This document shows positions 25,307 to 39,065 of a DNA stretch of 64,000 bases, one piece after another. A program made the position numbers and the translations under genes. The DNA is from Eledone cirrhosa (taxonomy: Eukaryota). The number at the start of each line of letters is the position of its first letter. The stretch's first letter is position 1. Where the stretch lies: NCBI GenBank assembly GCA_964016885.1, contig OZ024741.1:372930001-372994000 (forward strand), written 5' to 3'. The notes under the pieces were generated by a model. It was not told the DNA's origin and searched no databases. It saw nothing but the letters and a program-made list of their open reading frames with translations.

Positions 25307-26150
25307 AATTGTTTCTACTTTTGGCACAAGGCCAGCAATTATCCCAGTGTATTACTGGTACTTTATTTTATTGACCCCGGAAGGATGAAAGGCAAAGTTA
25401 ACCTCGGCGGGATTTGAACTCAGAATGGAAAGGGCCGTAATTCTATGCATCAAAGCATGACGTCCGACCCTCTACCGATACTGCCAATCCACTTTCTATA
25501 ATAATGGCTTCTGATTTAGGAACAAGGCCATCAATTTTGGGGGAATTGAAAGTCGATTAACCCTTTAGCATTTAAACTGGCCATATCCGGCCAGAATTCT
25601 CTGCCCCCTTTCTGTTCAAACTGGCTGTAACTGGCTGCTTATACTGATGTTAAGATATTGTTCTCAAAATAAATAACATCAAAATCTTGTAGATTCGATA
25701 TTATGTGAGATAATTATGTTAAGATAAAGCCTTTACTACAAAAAACCATAGTATATATAGAGTAAATGTTAAAGGGTTAAAACGACCCCAATGCATTACT
25801 GGTGCTTTATTTTATCCACCCCGTAAGGATGAAAGGCAAAGCTAACCGTGGCAAGATTTGAACTCAGAACGTAAAGGGCCATAACTCCATGCCCCAAAGC
25901 ATGTTGTCTGACACTCTACTGATACTACCAATCCACCACCCTCATTCTTCTTTATTATAATTGTTTCTACTTTTGGCACAAGGCCAGCAATTACCCCAGT
26001 GCATTACTAGTACTTTATTTTATCAACTCTTTAAGGATGAAAGGCAAAGTTAACCTCGGAGGGATTTAAACTCAGAACCTAAAGGGACGTAACTCTATGC
26101 TACTAGGCATGTTGTCTGACACTATACTGATTACTGCCAATACACCACCA
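25307..26150 (-). mobile_element. Array of three SINE family A copies (short-long-short)
   Basis: Copies at 25307-25492, 25503-25941 (carrying a MITE) and 25960-26150. Short copies are flanked by direct repeats tttctataataat and tcattcttctttat.ataat. Confidence 0.9.
25561..25776 (-). mobile_element. piggyBac-like TTAA MITE inserted in a SINE
   Basis: TTAA (25557-25560)|CCCTTTAGCATTT...AAATGTTAAAGGG|TTAA (25777-25780). It splits the SINE motif gtcgaTTAAatcgacccc. Confidence 0.9.
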
Positions 26151-26729
26151 TCATTCTTCTTTATAATAATAATATGAATATTTGGAGAGATTTCGGTGGA
26201 AGGAAGTTAGAGAAACCAAGAAAAACCTGGGCAGAATTTGTGAGAGCTGATCCAAATTCACTGCAGCTCAAAGAGGAGATGACAAAGGACCACAACGAAT
26301 GGAGAGATGTTGTAGTGGAAAATATCAGTCCAACCCATGCAAGCACAGAAAAGTGGACGTAAAATGATGATGATGAATATGAATATAAAATTACTTTTAG
26401 CAATAGACGCAGAAAGTAAGATATTTACACCTGTTCTTCAGTTTGAGACATTGTTTAGGGAAGTTTATATGGAATGATAATGGCAGACTGGTTCTTACTC
26501 ATTTCTAATTTAGGTACAAGGCCAGCAAATTTTGGGGAAAGGCAAAGTTAATTAAATGAACCCCAGTATTTGACTGGTATTTTATTAATCAACCATGGAA
26601 GGATGAAAGGCAAAGTTGACCTCAGCAGGATTTGAACTCAGAATGCAAAGAGTTGAAACAAATAGTGAAATGGCATTTTAACAGATGCTCTATCAATTCT
26701 GATATTTCACCACCCTTACACCTGCTCTT

Positions 26730-28260
26730 ATTAATTCTGAAGAGAAAGAGGTACAGAAATATCATTACAAGAAGAATCATTACAAGAATTACAGAAATAT
26801 CATTGCATGTCGAATAAGAAGAATTAGAGAAAGCGAGAAGGGGTTCTTCTCCAACTAATCTAAAGGGACCAGCCACTGAATGTTAACAGCAGTATAGCTG
26901 CAAGCACAATAATGGATATGAAGGAAGCTGGACCATCAGAGATAGCTGCTGAGATGATTAAATTGATCACATGCTAATCACTGGCATAGTTAATTAAGTA
27001 GAACAAGGTGTTGTATTAGTGCTGCTGTGTCATCAGCAACTTCTATAAGGGCAAAGGAAATACACAAGAGAGAGAAATTGAACTGATAATTACAGAGTTA
27101 TATCACAATTGATAGAGGAACAGAATTATCCTTCATGAAAAGCATTGAGGCTTTATCAACATCGTCATTATCACTATTTAACGACCATTTTTCTATGCTA
27201 GCATGGGTTAGACAAGTTGTCTCATTGTGAGATAAGCCAGATCGAATTACTGTGTCTTGCTCATTTAGAACATTTTCTGGCTTGGTTTCTACAGCTAGAT
27301 GCCCTTTCTAAAGGGAACCACATTTATGGTGTAGACTGAATGTTTTTTGACATGACACCAACACAACCACTTTACAGTGTGGACTAGGAGTAGGTCCCTA
27401 TACCTTACATTTGTTGAAATGGAGAAGGCATTTGACAGGGTTTCCTGCTCTTGTCACAAGATGGTTTGCAAGGGCTGTACAAGCTATGTATAGAGGTGCA
27501 ATCAGTAGTGTGAAAGTCAGCAATTAGTTCAGTAACACATTTAGCAAGCAGGGTCCATTAGGGTTCAGCTCTCAGCACCCTACTGTTTATTATAGTTCTC
27601 TAGGCCATAACAAAGGAGTTTAATACTGGTTGTCTGTGGAAACTCCTGTATGCTGATAATCTAGTTCTTATAGTAGAATCTATAGAATATTTAGGGAATA
27701 AATTCCAGACATGGAAGCAAAATCTAGAATTGACTAAAGTTTTAATTAAATAGGGAAAAAAAAACAGGATCCTGCAACCATTAAAGGTATGACTAAATTT
27801 GATATGTAGATTAGTGTATGTACCTAGTGTAAACTGAAGACACACAAGAAGTGTACTGGAATCACAGACAGACTAGCAGAGAAGGTAGACTTTGTAAGTG
27901 GCACTAGAGTACACTAGAGTAGTTAACAGCAAGAACTAAGAAATAAATAAAGCATATGAAATAAATTCCTTTAAATGCTTGGAAGGCAGACACACTAGAA
28001 TTTGTTCATAACTTTTATTACCTAAGTGACCTAATTAACAGTGGAGTTAGATGTACTGAAAGCATATTCACCAGAGGAAGAATTGGTTGGGGGTAGTCTT
28101 GCTGGCCACAAGAGCCTCTCTACCAAAATAAAGGGCAGATTGGATTGTATTTGCGTATGAAGTATGATGCTGCGCATTAGTGAAACATGGGTTTTGAATG
28201 TGGAAAATTTGAGACAACTAGAAATAAAGCAAGTATGCTCTACTGCATGGAGCACAACTT
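26730..28260 (+). pseudogene. Old degenerate RTE LINE (RT region)
   Basis: Fragments AGPSEIAAEMIK, FVEMEKAFDRV, GCLWKLLYADNLVLIVES and KFQTWKQNLE are collinear with the RTE at 45338. Many stops and indels. Confidence 0.8.
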
Positions 28261-28441
28261 CAAATCCTACCATTTTTTCATGAATAGTGTATCTCAGACT
28301 ACATTATCCAGTATGTTCTGTTTTAACCCTTTTGTGGCTGTATTTCTAACAAAATTAATTATAGAAGAAATTTACAGGATTTACTAAAAGTATTAATTAT
28401 TTCCTTACTAAGATTGTAACTTGATGTATGGTTCTTATATT

Positions 28442-28652
28442 CAGGGTGTTTCAAAACATTTGATATCATTCGAGATGTAAATATCTCAGAAACTACAAAG
28501 TCTAGGAAAACGAGATTGAGCAAGCTTAATGTTGAGCAACATAAGATTTATTTCTCAAAATTTGAATGAGAAATTCAAAGATATGTGGATTCAATGAACA
28601 ATTTCTGAGATATTTATATCTCACATGATATCTAATTTTTTGAAACACCTTG
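28442..28652. mobile_element. Tc1/mariner-type MITE with ~50-bp TIRs, nested in an older TTAA-ended element (about 28322-28746)
   Basis: CAGGGTGTTTCAAAA.ATT.GATATCAT..GAGAT.TAAATATCTCAGAAA mirrored at the right end ...TTTTGAAACACCTTG|TA. Confidence 0.85.
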
Positions 28653-29781
28653 TATAATTGAATTAGAAGGTAATAATTTTAATAAGAATAATTTAAAATG
28701 GGTGTTTTTGTTTCATAGAAACAGAGCTGGTGTCAAAAGTGTTGAAGCAGTAAATTATGAGCTGAAGGCGATTTGGTTGCTATTATAGATGGGTAGGGCT
28801 TCTCAAATTTTTAATTCAAACTGCAACTAAATTAATTAAATGTGCTGTAGATATCATAATACTAAAATAAGTGGCCATATGGTTCATTATTAATTATAGT
28901 ATCAATCTTTTGCCACCAAATAAATATACTTTTAACTCATCAACCAGCAATTAGTGAAATAACCTAAAATCTATATTTGGAAAATGCAATTCTGTAAATG
29001 GGTCACATACTAAGTAGACAGACAGCAGAGGTGGTAGAGCACCAGACAAAATACCATGTGGTATTCGGTTATATTCTTTAGCTATTTGAATTCAAACTCC
29101 ATTCAGGTTCACTTTGTAAGTACAATCTTTCCAATGTTAATAAGACATGCTGAGGTTAATATAATTGAAGGTATTTCTCTAGCATAATGATAATCCAATG
29201 ACTGAAACCAGTAAAAGAATATTTCTTATATCAAAAGGAAATATTACATTCCAAACTGCAAATTGGAAGTGTATAGTAGCCTAGTGGTAATGGCGCTGGA
29301 CATACAATCATAATGTTGTGGGTTTGATTCCTGCACTGGGATGTATTGTGTTCTTGAGCAAAATAATTTATTTCATATTGCTCCAGTATACTTAGCAAAA
29401 AATAGGTACTCCCAATAGTTGGGTGTTTAGCCCTATGATACACTGGCATTCTCTCCAGGGGGTGTCTTGTACTCCCATTTGCCTAATGCCATGGAAACCA
29501 GGATAAGTCCTGGCCTGATGAGCCTCCAGGCTTGAGACAGACTAGACTTTTTAGAAACTGCAAATACTATGAATTTTTCCCATTTTAAATGCTTTTCTGC
29601 ATTCCATCTTGATATGTATTCTCTATCAAAGCATATTAATAAAACACAAGTACATATATATGTGATGATGATGAAGTGCATGCAACCCAGACTCCAGTCT
29701 CATTAGCATCATAGATTCTTAAAAGATATTCTTCTATCAATTAATTTCCAGCTACTCAAATATATAATTCAGTTTATGATC

Positions 29782-30013
29782 TCAGAACAATCCACTAGTA
29801 ATACTCTTTTGTATAACTCCTCCCAAGAAGAATCAACTTTTTACTTTCTCCTGAAGAACAATTCATAGGTAATGCTCTCTTATATATCTCTCCCAAGAAC
29901 AATCTGCTGTATAATTCCCCCAGCCCAAGAATAATCCACTGTTAAAGCTCTCCTGTATAAACCCCAACACCACCACCACTAGTAACACTCTCTTGTATAA
30001 AACCCTCCAAGAA
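29782..30013. repeat. Highly degenerate ~40-bp minisatellite
   Basis: Recurring ccaagaacaatccactagtaa..ctctcttgtataa motif, about 5-6 units. Confidence 0.6.
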
Positions 30014-30627
30014 CATGGGCACTGCAAATTTGAAAGTCTATACAGTGGGATCAAACCTAGAACATCATAGTTGCAAAGCAAACTTCTTAACCACTCAGAC
30101 ATGTCTATGTCCTTGTTTTTATAGTAATGTACGTTTGGAATTTAGATTTATTAGAAATTATGTGTATGAAAGGATGAAAAACATTTATTCTGGAATTTAA
30201 TGATAATTATTTCTTCCCATCTAAAAAACAACTTACAGAGAGAAACATTGATTCTTTTTAGTGGTTTCAACCAAATGAAAGCCAATAACAATAATACTGT
30301 CACTAGCTTCTTGTATATATAGGTTCCTATTGTATTCCCAATACTATCGAGCAGTGGTCAATGACAGTTCGAAAACATAAATTAATAACTTTTTTATGGA
30401 TTCATCTAGATATGAAATATAAACTAGGAATCTAATCTTCTATAAAATAACCTCATATATCTCCTCTTATCTTACTTCTACATCTCTACAAAATCCTGAT
30501 GTAGCCTTGTCAATAAACTCTTCTGAATCTCTAGATAGATATGTATTCGTGTGCAAGCTGGTCTAAAAGTATTCTGAAATTATGTGTAAGCCATGAATAA
30601 CAGCTAACTTGCTAATATTATATAATA

Positions 30628-31256
30628 TGGCGGTGGATTGGCAGTATCGGTAGAGGGTCGGACGCCATGCTTTCCAGCATAGTTACGTCCCTTTACGATC
30701 TGAGTTCAAATCCCACCGAGGTTGACTTTGCCTTTCATCCTTACGGGGTCGATAAAATAAAGTACCAGTAATGCAATGGGTAATTGCTGGCCTTGTGCCT
30801 AAAGTAGAAACAATGATATAATTGGTAGTGGATTGGCAGTATCGGTAGAGGGTCGGACACCATGCTGGGGCAGTGGATTGGCAGTATCGGTAGAGGGTCG
30901 GACACCATGCTATGCAATATAGAGTTATAGCCTTTTATGTTCTGAGTTCAAATCTCGCCGAGGTTAACTTTGCCTTTCATCCTTACGGGGTCGATAAAAT
31001 AAAGTACCAGTAATACACTGGGATAATTGCTGGCCTTGTGCCAAAAGTAAAAACAATTATATACTTGGTAGTGGATTGGCAGTATCGGTAGAGGGTCGGA
31101 CGCCATGCTTTGCAGTATAGAGTTACGGCCCTTTACGTTCTGAGTTCAAATCCTGCCACGGTTAACTTTGCCTTTCATCTTTACGGGATCAATAAAATAA
31201 AGTACCAGTAATGCAATGGATTATTGCTGGCCTTGTGCCAAAACTAGAAACAATTA
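30628..31256 (+). mobile_element. Head-to-tail array of young SINE family A copies (3 full plus 1 partial head)
   Basis: gtggattggcagtatcggtagagggtcggac starts at about 30633, 30827, 30873 and 31070. Three units end gccttgtgcc.aaa.ta.aaacaat. Confidence 0.95.
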
Positions 31257-31470
31257 TATACTCGCTTCAAAAGCAAAATGCATACAAACAATATCACCAA
31301 CAACATTGTCAAGTTATGAAAAAAAAATCTTATTTATGAACATCTGGAAGATTCAACCAGAAAATAACTTCTATTGTTGCATGACATTGAAAAATATGAA
31401 TAATACTATTACTTCTGATCCATCAATCATTAATAATTATTGTTCATGTGTTTCAGATAACATTATAAAT

Positions 31471-32190
31471 AATTGTTTCTACTTTTGGCACAAGGCCAGC
31501 AATTATTCAGTGTATTACTGGTACTTTATTTTATCGACCCCGTAAGGATAAAAGGTAAAGTTAACCTCAACGGGATTTGAACTCAGACTGTAAAGGGACG
31601 TAACTATGCTGGAAAGCATGGTGTCCGACCCTCTACCGATACTTCCAATTCACTTACGCCAAACATTATAAATAATTGTTTCTACTTTAGGCACAATGCC
31701 AGCAATTACCCAGTGCATTACTGGTACTTTATTTTATCGATCCCGTAAGGATGACAGGCAAAGTCAAATGGTCTCTGATTTAGGCATAAGGCCAACTATT
31801 GAAGGGGAGTGTCGAGTAAATCAATCCCAGTACTTGACTGGTACTTTATTTTATTGAGCCCTGAAGGATGAAAGGCAAAATTGACCTTAGTGGGACTTGA
31901 ACTCAGAATGTAGAAAGTTATAATTAATACTGCAAAGTATATTGTCTGAGGATCTACTGCTACTGCCCTTAATAATTTTTAATCTAAGTAGAGGGTCAGC
32001 AAATTTGAGGGAGAGGAAAGGTGATTAAATAAACTTCAGTACTTGACTGGTACTTTATTTTATTGAGCTTGAAAGAATAAAAAGTAAAGTTGACCTAGGT
32101 GGGATTTGAACTCAGAATGTAAAGGGCTGCAATTATATACTGCAAATTATTTTGTCTGATACTCTACCAATACTACCATTCAACTGCTCT
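31471..32190 (-). mobile_element. Array of four SINE family A copies, inverted relative to 30628-31256
   Basis: Units at about 31471, 31675, 31768 and 31975. Confidence 0.9.
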
Positions 32191-32504
32191 AAAATTTAAT
32201 CAGAGAATGATACTTTCTAGCTGAACATTGTAACATGTTTGCCATTCAACACACCAACAATAACATTAGAAATAATACATTCTTTAAGCCTTAAAGCTAG
32301 GTAGACCAAATTCCATTTCTTTCTACCTTTCACCCACTGATATTTTAACGAAGGGAGTGGTTCATCTACCACAGGCATGAACAAACCTTTCTGGCAACTG
32401 TCCTTATGAGATACTGCTTCTCCCCATAAATCAGGCTACACCTCTAAAAGAATAATTTAGCAGAGTAACAATACAGAATAAAGCAGTCTAGGGTATAGTA
32501 ATAC

Positions 32505-32793
32505 AGAATACTAGAAAGGATTTTAGATAAATATAACAACTTTAAAATGATAGCAGTTTTATATTCTAGTACTGGGAGGTTTTACAGAAATATAAAACCT
32601 TTAAAATGAAAGCAGATTGAAGTCCGAGAACCAGGAGGTTTTTTGATAAATATAAACATTTGAAAACCAGAACAGTTATGTATTCTAAAACCAGGAGGGT
32701 TTTAGATAAATATGAACCCTTTAAAACTAACAGAGTTTTGTATCCTAAAACCATGATCAGTTTCAGACAGTTTTTTTTTATTAAGAGGATTAA
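32505..32793 (+). repeat. Degenerate ~59-bp tandem repeat derived from the end of a second TTAA-ended DNA element family
   Basis: ggttttagataaatataaac.tttaaaa..cag.tt.gtat.ctaaaaccag about 4.5 times. The same motif occurs once, ending aaaagggttaa or aaaagagttaa, at 22300-22401, 36575-36669, 52170-52237 and 57495-57591. Confidence 0.7.
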
Positions 32794-33339
32794 ATCCTTA
32801 TTGTCATACAGACAAACGTTCAATAGTATATTTTTCAATGAATCTGTGAATATGCAAAGTATAGGATGAACTTTACAAATATATTCAGCTTTTTGATTTG
32901 TACTTTTATCCTTTTACTAGTATCAATAATTGGACTGAAGCCTTTCTGGGGTACATCCTTGCAGGGTATAGTTGATTATGTTGGATCCAGTCAGGCTCAT
33001 TACCGGGCTTTATTGCCTGGAGGGGGTCAGTTTACTTCAGAACATTCTGGATGGGTAGTCTATTTCAGGAATGTATTTTAGAGCATTTCTATGAACCCTA
33101 TTAGAGTGCACCATTGAAATAATTAGAGGGATGGGTGGATGCAATCCAGTATGATAGGCCTGGCTCCAGTACTTATTTTATAGGCTGATACTTATTTGAG
33201 AAACCTTAGAAAGATGAAACAATGAGGAGGATGAGCTGGAGAGACGAGAATGATAAGTTTATGGCTGTTGCATAGTTGAAGGTGATACATGATAGGAACA
33301 ACTAACATTGGCTTACAGTGGGCAGATAATGGTTGAGAA

Positions 33340-33535
33340 TGATGATATGATAATGATGGTGGTGGTGGTGTGGTGATGGTGGTGATGGTGACGGTGATGA
33401 TGGTGATGGTGGTGATGGTAGTGATGATGATGAGGATGATGGTGATGATGGTGGTGGTGTGGTGATGGTGGTGATGATGATGAGGATGATGGTGATGATG
33501 ATGAGGATGATGATGATGATGGTGGTGATGATGTG
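33340..33535. repeat. (GAT/GGT)n microsatellite
   Basis: Directly visible. Similar tract at 53498-53740. Confidence 0.95.
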
Positions 33536-33959
33536 GATTATTTTTCACATGAATAGCTAAATACCGAAAATATGGAGACCCTATCTTTTAAAACTACATT
33601 TCTCAACTAACTAATATAACCTACCAGAGTAGATAGAATCATTATAAAAAAAATCAGATAGACAGCTTTGTTGTATTTGTTTCAGCTCTCTGATTAAATA
33701 AGTACCAGTCCAATATTGGAATTGATTCTTTCTCTATATTTCTTTCTCTTTCTCCCTCTCTCCTTCTCTGGAAAAAAATCTTATGGGGGGATGGGCTCCA
33801 CCAGGTTTAATATACTCAAGACATACCATATGTCATGATGGTGTCTCTGCATTCCGGAACAATTGGCCATCCCACTAGATATCTATCTTCAATAGGGATC
33901 TTACTTTTTTATCCTACCCGAATATCATCATCATCATCATTTATTGCCTCACCAACACA

Positions 33960-34413
33960 CAATTAGCCAAGTGTGGTGAGTATGGCTACACTCCTGACAT
34001 GACCAAAACCAAACAGAAAGCAGTGGAGGTCAACCATGGAGGGAGAATGCCTTGGATTGGACTGGAATCTATACTGTAAAGAGTACCCGACCTCCCATGG
34101 GTACAAGTTGAAGCATATAGACAATATGCCCCCACACCCTCCTACTGCAAAGTGCTCGTGGAGGTGCCACAACAAAAAAAGCACCCAGCCCACACTGTAA
34201 AGTGGACGTGTAGGCGCCACGGAAAAAAAGCACCCAGCACTCACTGTAAATGAGGTTGGTGTTAGGAAGGGCTGTAGAAATCAAGCCAAAATCAGTTCCT
34301 GTATGAGCAAGGCATGGTCAGCCGACCAGACACTGCCCACAACAGGACAACCCGTCTAACCCATGCTAGCATGGAAGAACGGACGTAAAACGGTGATGAT
34401 GATGATGATGATG
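33960..34413 (+). mobile_element. 3'-terminal fragment of an RTE LINE subfamily (3'UTR plus (GAT)n tail)
   Basis: Three ~47-bp cactgtaaagtgg..aaaaaagcacccag modules, then ggtgttaggaaggg..acccatgctagcatggaa..ggacgtaaaac(gat)n, as in the RTE tail at 47260-47499. Confidence 0.8.
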
Positions 34414-34639
34414 AAAGTGACTGTTGATAGTAAAGATAGCAATAAAAGGAGTTGCAAACACAGCATGCTGCAGTGCCACCAGTTCATCTACGAGGCCAGA
34501 AACTTAGAATGAGAACAGACAATAGGCAGAAGGGACCATGTAGGCCAGCCAGAAACAACTGCTTTAGCATAGTGAAAGTGGCACAATAAAATACATTATA
34601 TCTATACTAAAGAGGTTGGTAATAGAAAAGTTGTGAAGC

Positions 34640-34720
<81 letters not shown>

Positions 34721-34897
34721 CTGTTCTTTTCTCTTCTCACTCTCTATCTTTCTATTTCATCTTTTATTTCTAATCATATCTTATGATGAAGGACTAGTGT
34801 CTGAAATGTTAAAATTATTTTCCTACTTTATCAAGCATTAAACTAATTTATTCATTGTACTGTGTTGTTTGATTTGTTATTTCTGTTTCCTTTTTGA

Positions 34898-35325
34898 ATA
34901 TATATATGAATTTCGTATATCTAAAGATATACAGTATGTTTAATAAATAATCATTTTGAAAGCCTCAGCTATGAATAGAAGACTGGCAGTCAGCGCCACC
35001 AAGAAGAATCCAGCAGAAGCAAGAGGGTTAATTGTCTATGCATTTCGAACTTAAATGGTTATGATCAGGACAATGCTTCCCTATTCCTATTGGCTGTGTA
35101 AATGGGCTAATTAGCCTCATTTGCATAGGAAACTGTATAAGTTGGCTCAACTTAAAATAGAATTAGAATTTAAGTTCGAAATGCATAGACAATTATCCTT
35201 CTTGCTTTTGCTGGACTCTGCTCAGTGTTGCTGACCATCAGTCTTCTATTCATAGCTGAGGCTTTCTAAATGTTTATTTATAAACATACCGTATATCTTT
35301 AGATATACAAAACTCACATACATAT
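34898..35325. mobile_element. Fold-back DNA element with ~155-bp inverted arms and a 111-bp spacer
   Basis: gtatatctaaagatatac..gaaagcctcagctatgaatagaagact..taattgtctatgcatttcgaacttaaat is mirrored at 35168-35325. Confidence 0.9.
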
Positions 35326-35693
35326 TTGTATATAGCTATGTCAAAGCTAAATTCAAATTATATATATATAAACCTTGATATATTAGGATCCCTTGTTGCT
35401 GTGTGTGCTTAATGAGAAAAGTTGATGACAAGTGAAGAGATATTATGAGACCTGTCCAACCAATATAGACACAAATGGTAATGATGATGATGATCACAAA
35501 TACGATGGTCACCTTATCAAAATAGAATACATCGTTATTTCTTAACTATTTCCTTTTGAGCCTGCTCGTTTAAATGTCACCCCCCCCCCCCCCCCCACAC
35601 ACACACAACATTTAGATGATGGTGAGAAATAAAGATGAGTACCATTTTGAAAAGGGGACTATTTATTTGTGTTCATCATCATCATTTTATGTT

Positions 35694-35725
<32 letters not shown>

Positions 35726-35780
35726 CATAGGCAACCACTGTCTACAAAGGTCCTCAATATGTTAGTATATATATATATAT

Positions 35781-35827
35781 AAATGACTACAGGACCAGAA
35801 CTGTTCTAGTCCTGTAGAAGTCATTAT
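35781..35827. repeat. Mini-hairpin element in a (TA)n tract
   Basis: aatgactacaggaccagaac / gttctagtcctgtagaagtcatt. Termini ATGACTRCAG are shared with 62763-62917. Confidence 0.6.
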
Positions 35828-38269
35828 ATATATATATATATATATAATATAAAAGTAATGAAGATCGCTGGTATTAAGTCAACGTTCTCTTATTAACAGT
35901 TCTCCTCATTAACATTTTGGCCCTCAGGAACCCATTCAATGTCAATTACCCTCTGGGTGTCAAAGAAAAGAATGACCATAGCCTTCTCTTGTATATTTTT
36001 GGGCCTAGTGGAGTACAAGTGCTTCCACTAGGCTCTCTGACATTTGCTCTCAGGGTCATGGGTGAATACCTAACTCTAGCCACATTACTTTATTCAGGGA
36101 ACCAGATTTAGCCTGTATTATATTGTAGTATTCTAATTGAGTGATATTTAATGCCTCTCCAGAAATTTTCTCATTACTTATTGCACATATCTATATATCA
36201 TCACCATCATCATTTAAATGGTGAAGATAGTAATGATTATGATGGTAAGTATATGTGTATATATACACACATACACATATCATCATCATCATTACTATCT
36301 TCACCATTTAAGATGATGATGATATATGTGTATATGTGTATGTGTGTATGTATATCTGTGTATATTCATGCTTATGTTGTGTCACTTTATGTCCTGTAAC
36401 TTTTATAAATAGTGGTTTTATAAATAGTGACTGAAATTTTGTCTGATTGATTAAAACTTGGAAGGTGATTCCCCAGCATAGTCACAATCCAATAACTAGA
36501 ATGAGTAAAAGAATAAAACAATTTTTGAGAATAATCTGTACACATTTCAGATTATTCTCAAATTATTCTAATGAAAGAGTTTTAGAAGATTATAAACACT
36601 TTAAAATAAACAGCTTAGTATTTGTGAAACCAGGGGTGGCTTCAGGCAGTTTGGTCTCAAAAGAGTTAACATACATAGCAGATGTGGGAAAAATACCTCA
36701 TATGTGAGTTTGATAAATCAAAAATTCACTTCTCCAATGATAAAAAATTATTTAAAAAAACCTAATAAATCAAAAAGGTATTTCAAATGAAATACAAAAG
36801 AATTCATATTCTGAGGTAAAAAGAACATTCTAACCTTAGAAGAAGAGAAAACAATAAATCTAAAAGGCATATGCAGTCCTTGAAAAGCAATATCCTTGAA
36901 ATATGAAAAAATATTCAGAGATAGGTTCTTGTAATATATGTAATGAATTTTACTTCAAAGAACCATGTATTTGAATAAAATGAAAAAAAAAAAAGAATTT
37001 TATTGCGAAATGTTAATAAATAAACATTATCAAAGATACACAAATAGAAACAGATCCTTAAAATATTGCAAAGCCATATGGAATACAACCATAAAAATTA
37101 CAACAAAATTGTTAAATAAAACAACAAAAGACTAAACTAAAGAGATAAAACAAATTTCTGGTGTACATAAAATAATGTTTGAAATATTCAGCCAGCACAC
37201 ATAAAATTTTGAATAAATATTCAACAACACTTTACAGATTCTAAAAAAAATATTAATACCAGACTGAATAGTAGCAATAATACAACCCCCCCCCCCCCAA
37301 AATAAAAACAACTGTTATACTAACTCCGAAAATCTGAAAAGAATTCTGAACTACAGCTTATCAGCTGCATATAAACTTTTAACATCTGTAATCCCCAACA
37401 AAGATTCAGCTCATTTAGATGATAACAATGAAAGCAAAAAACAAATGCCAGAAAGGTGAATGTAGATGTAAAGAGCCAACTGGATAAGGAGATATTTGAG
37501 ACAGGGAGCTTATTATTACAATGGTATATACAGCTAAAATATAATGGAAATAAAAGTGGTCACTTCTAGTAATTTTCTGTTGCTGTGTTACTCTTTGTTT
37601 GAAAATGATACTTAAAATTATGAATTGACTTTCTTTCTGAATATATAGAATAAGGTCATCACTGGTTGTGAATACTATGTCCTTCCCCAGTAAAGTATGT
37701 ACTGCTTATCATAAACAAATATAACTAATGATCAGTAATCACAAGATAAGAATTAGGTGTGTTCAGTAACACTAAGACAATCTGAAGAAGGTAGGTATGG
37801 AAACTGAAACATATTTTGCCCAAAGGGGAGGAACTCTCAAACATATCAAGACATGACACCTATCTAGTGTTGGTGATCTGTACGATAAATGCACTCAGTA
37901 AACACTGTAAAGTGGTTGGTGATAGGAAGGGCATTCAATTATAGGAAGCTTGCCAAACAAAGGGTTGGAAGGACCTTTGGTTGCATCAAAGATACAATAA
38001 CCTCCCTGGGCACTTGGTAGAAAGTGAGACTATACATAAGCGAGATGGCAGATCCCTGGTTTGTCTAGGAAATCAGTAGCCTCTTCAGTATTTACTTAGT
38101 CTATGTAGACCCAGCCAACCCTTGCTAGCAAAAAAAAGTGGACATTAAAATGATGATAATGATGTAAGTTCAAACTAATACTAAGTGATGTAATGATGGA
38201 GGAGAAGGTGGGTAGAGACTTGTAACATTGGGGGTGATTTGGAATTTCTATGAGACAACCTGCTGCAAG

Positions 38270-39065
38270 CTGCAGATCAAATTTGTAAATGAGCAAGGTT
38301 CCAACCAGATAGAGGTGACATGATGGTGGAATGGTAGAGCAGAGAAAGCCATAAAACTAAGGAGGGCAGCTGGACAGAATAGAAAAAAAGGTTTAAGAAA
38401 AGAACAATTCAAACAGCTAAAAGAAAACTAGACAGCATGGATGCCTTGCATGGAGAGAAGTTGAAAGTAAAAGGTTTGCCAATTATTTGTAATTAGAGAA
38501 CCAAAAGCATGAAGTTTTGCAAAGCAGTGTGATTATCACCAATACCATAATTTATATGTCAACTCTTCCATGCTGGCATATATTGGATGGGACTTTTTGC
38601 AATACCTGACACCAACCCTTTTTGTGCTTCTTACAACATGCAGCAATATGTTGTACCTATTCTAAACTGGATACACACATTCTGGCAGAGTAAATGAAGA
38701 TATCATTGAGAGAATATGTATATGTTTCACACAAGATCGATGTGATGAGGGTGTCATTGACATTAGGACAACAAAAACATAGAGATGTTACTACATTTTT
38801 CTGACTATGAAGAATACACGGGAAAGAAACCTAACAGAGGAACTGGCATCGAATATGTCATCTATATGATTGAAAACATGATTTATGATACAGGGAAAGT
38901 AACTGTATGACCAGGGATAATTGCTGAAATGCTGAAAGTATCCAGTAAAGTTAGAGCTGGATTAATCACTCATATAGTCAATGAGATAATACAGAGATCT
39001 GTTACACTCAATGTCTAGTGTAACAGTACTACCATCAGCAATTGCTAAAAGGGTAAAGAAGATTT
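38270..39065 (+). pseudogene. Very old RTE LINE relic
   Basis: T*WWN..AEKAIK near 38320 and PGIIAEMLKVS near 38910, collinear with RTE ORF motifs. Similar relic at 52250-52500. Confidence 0.55.
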
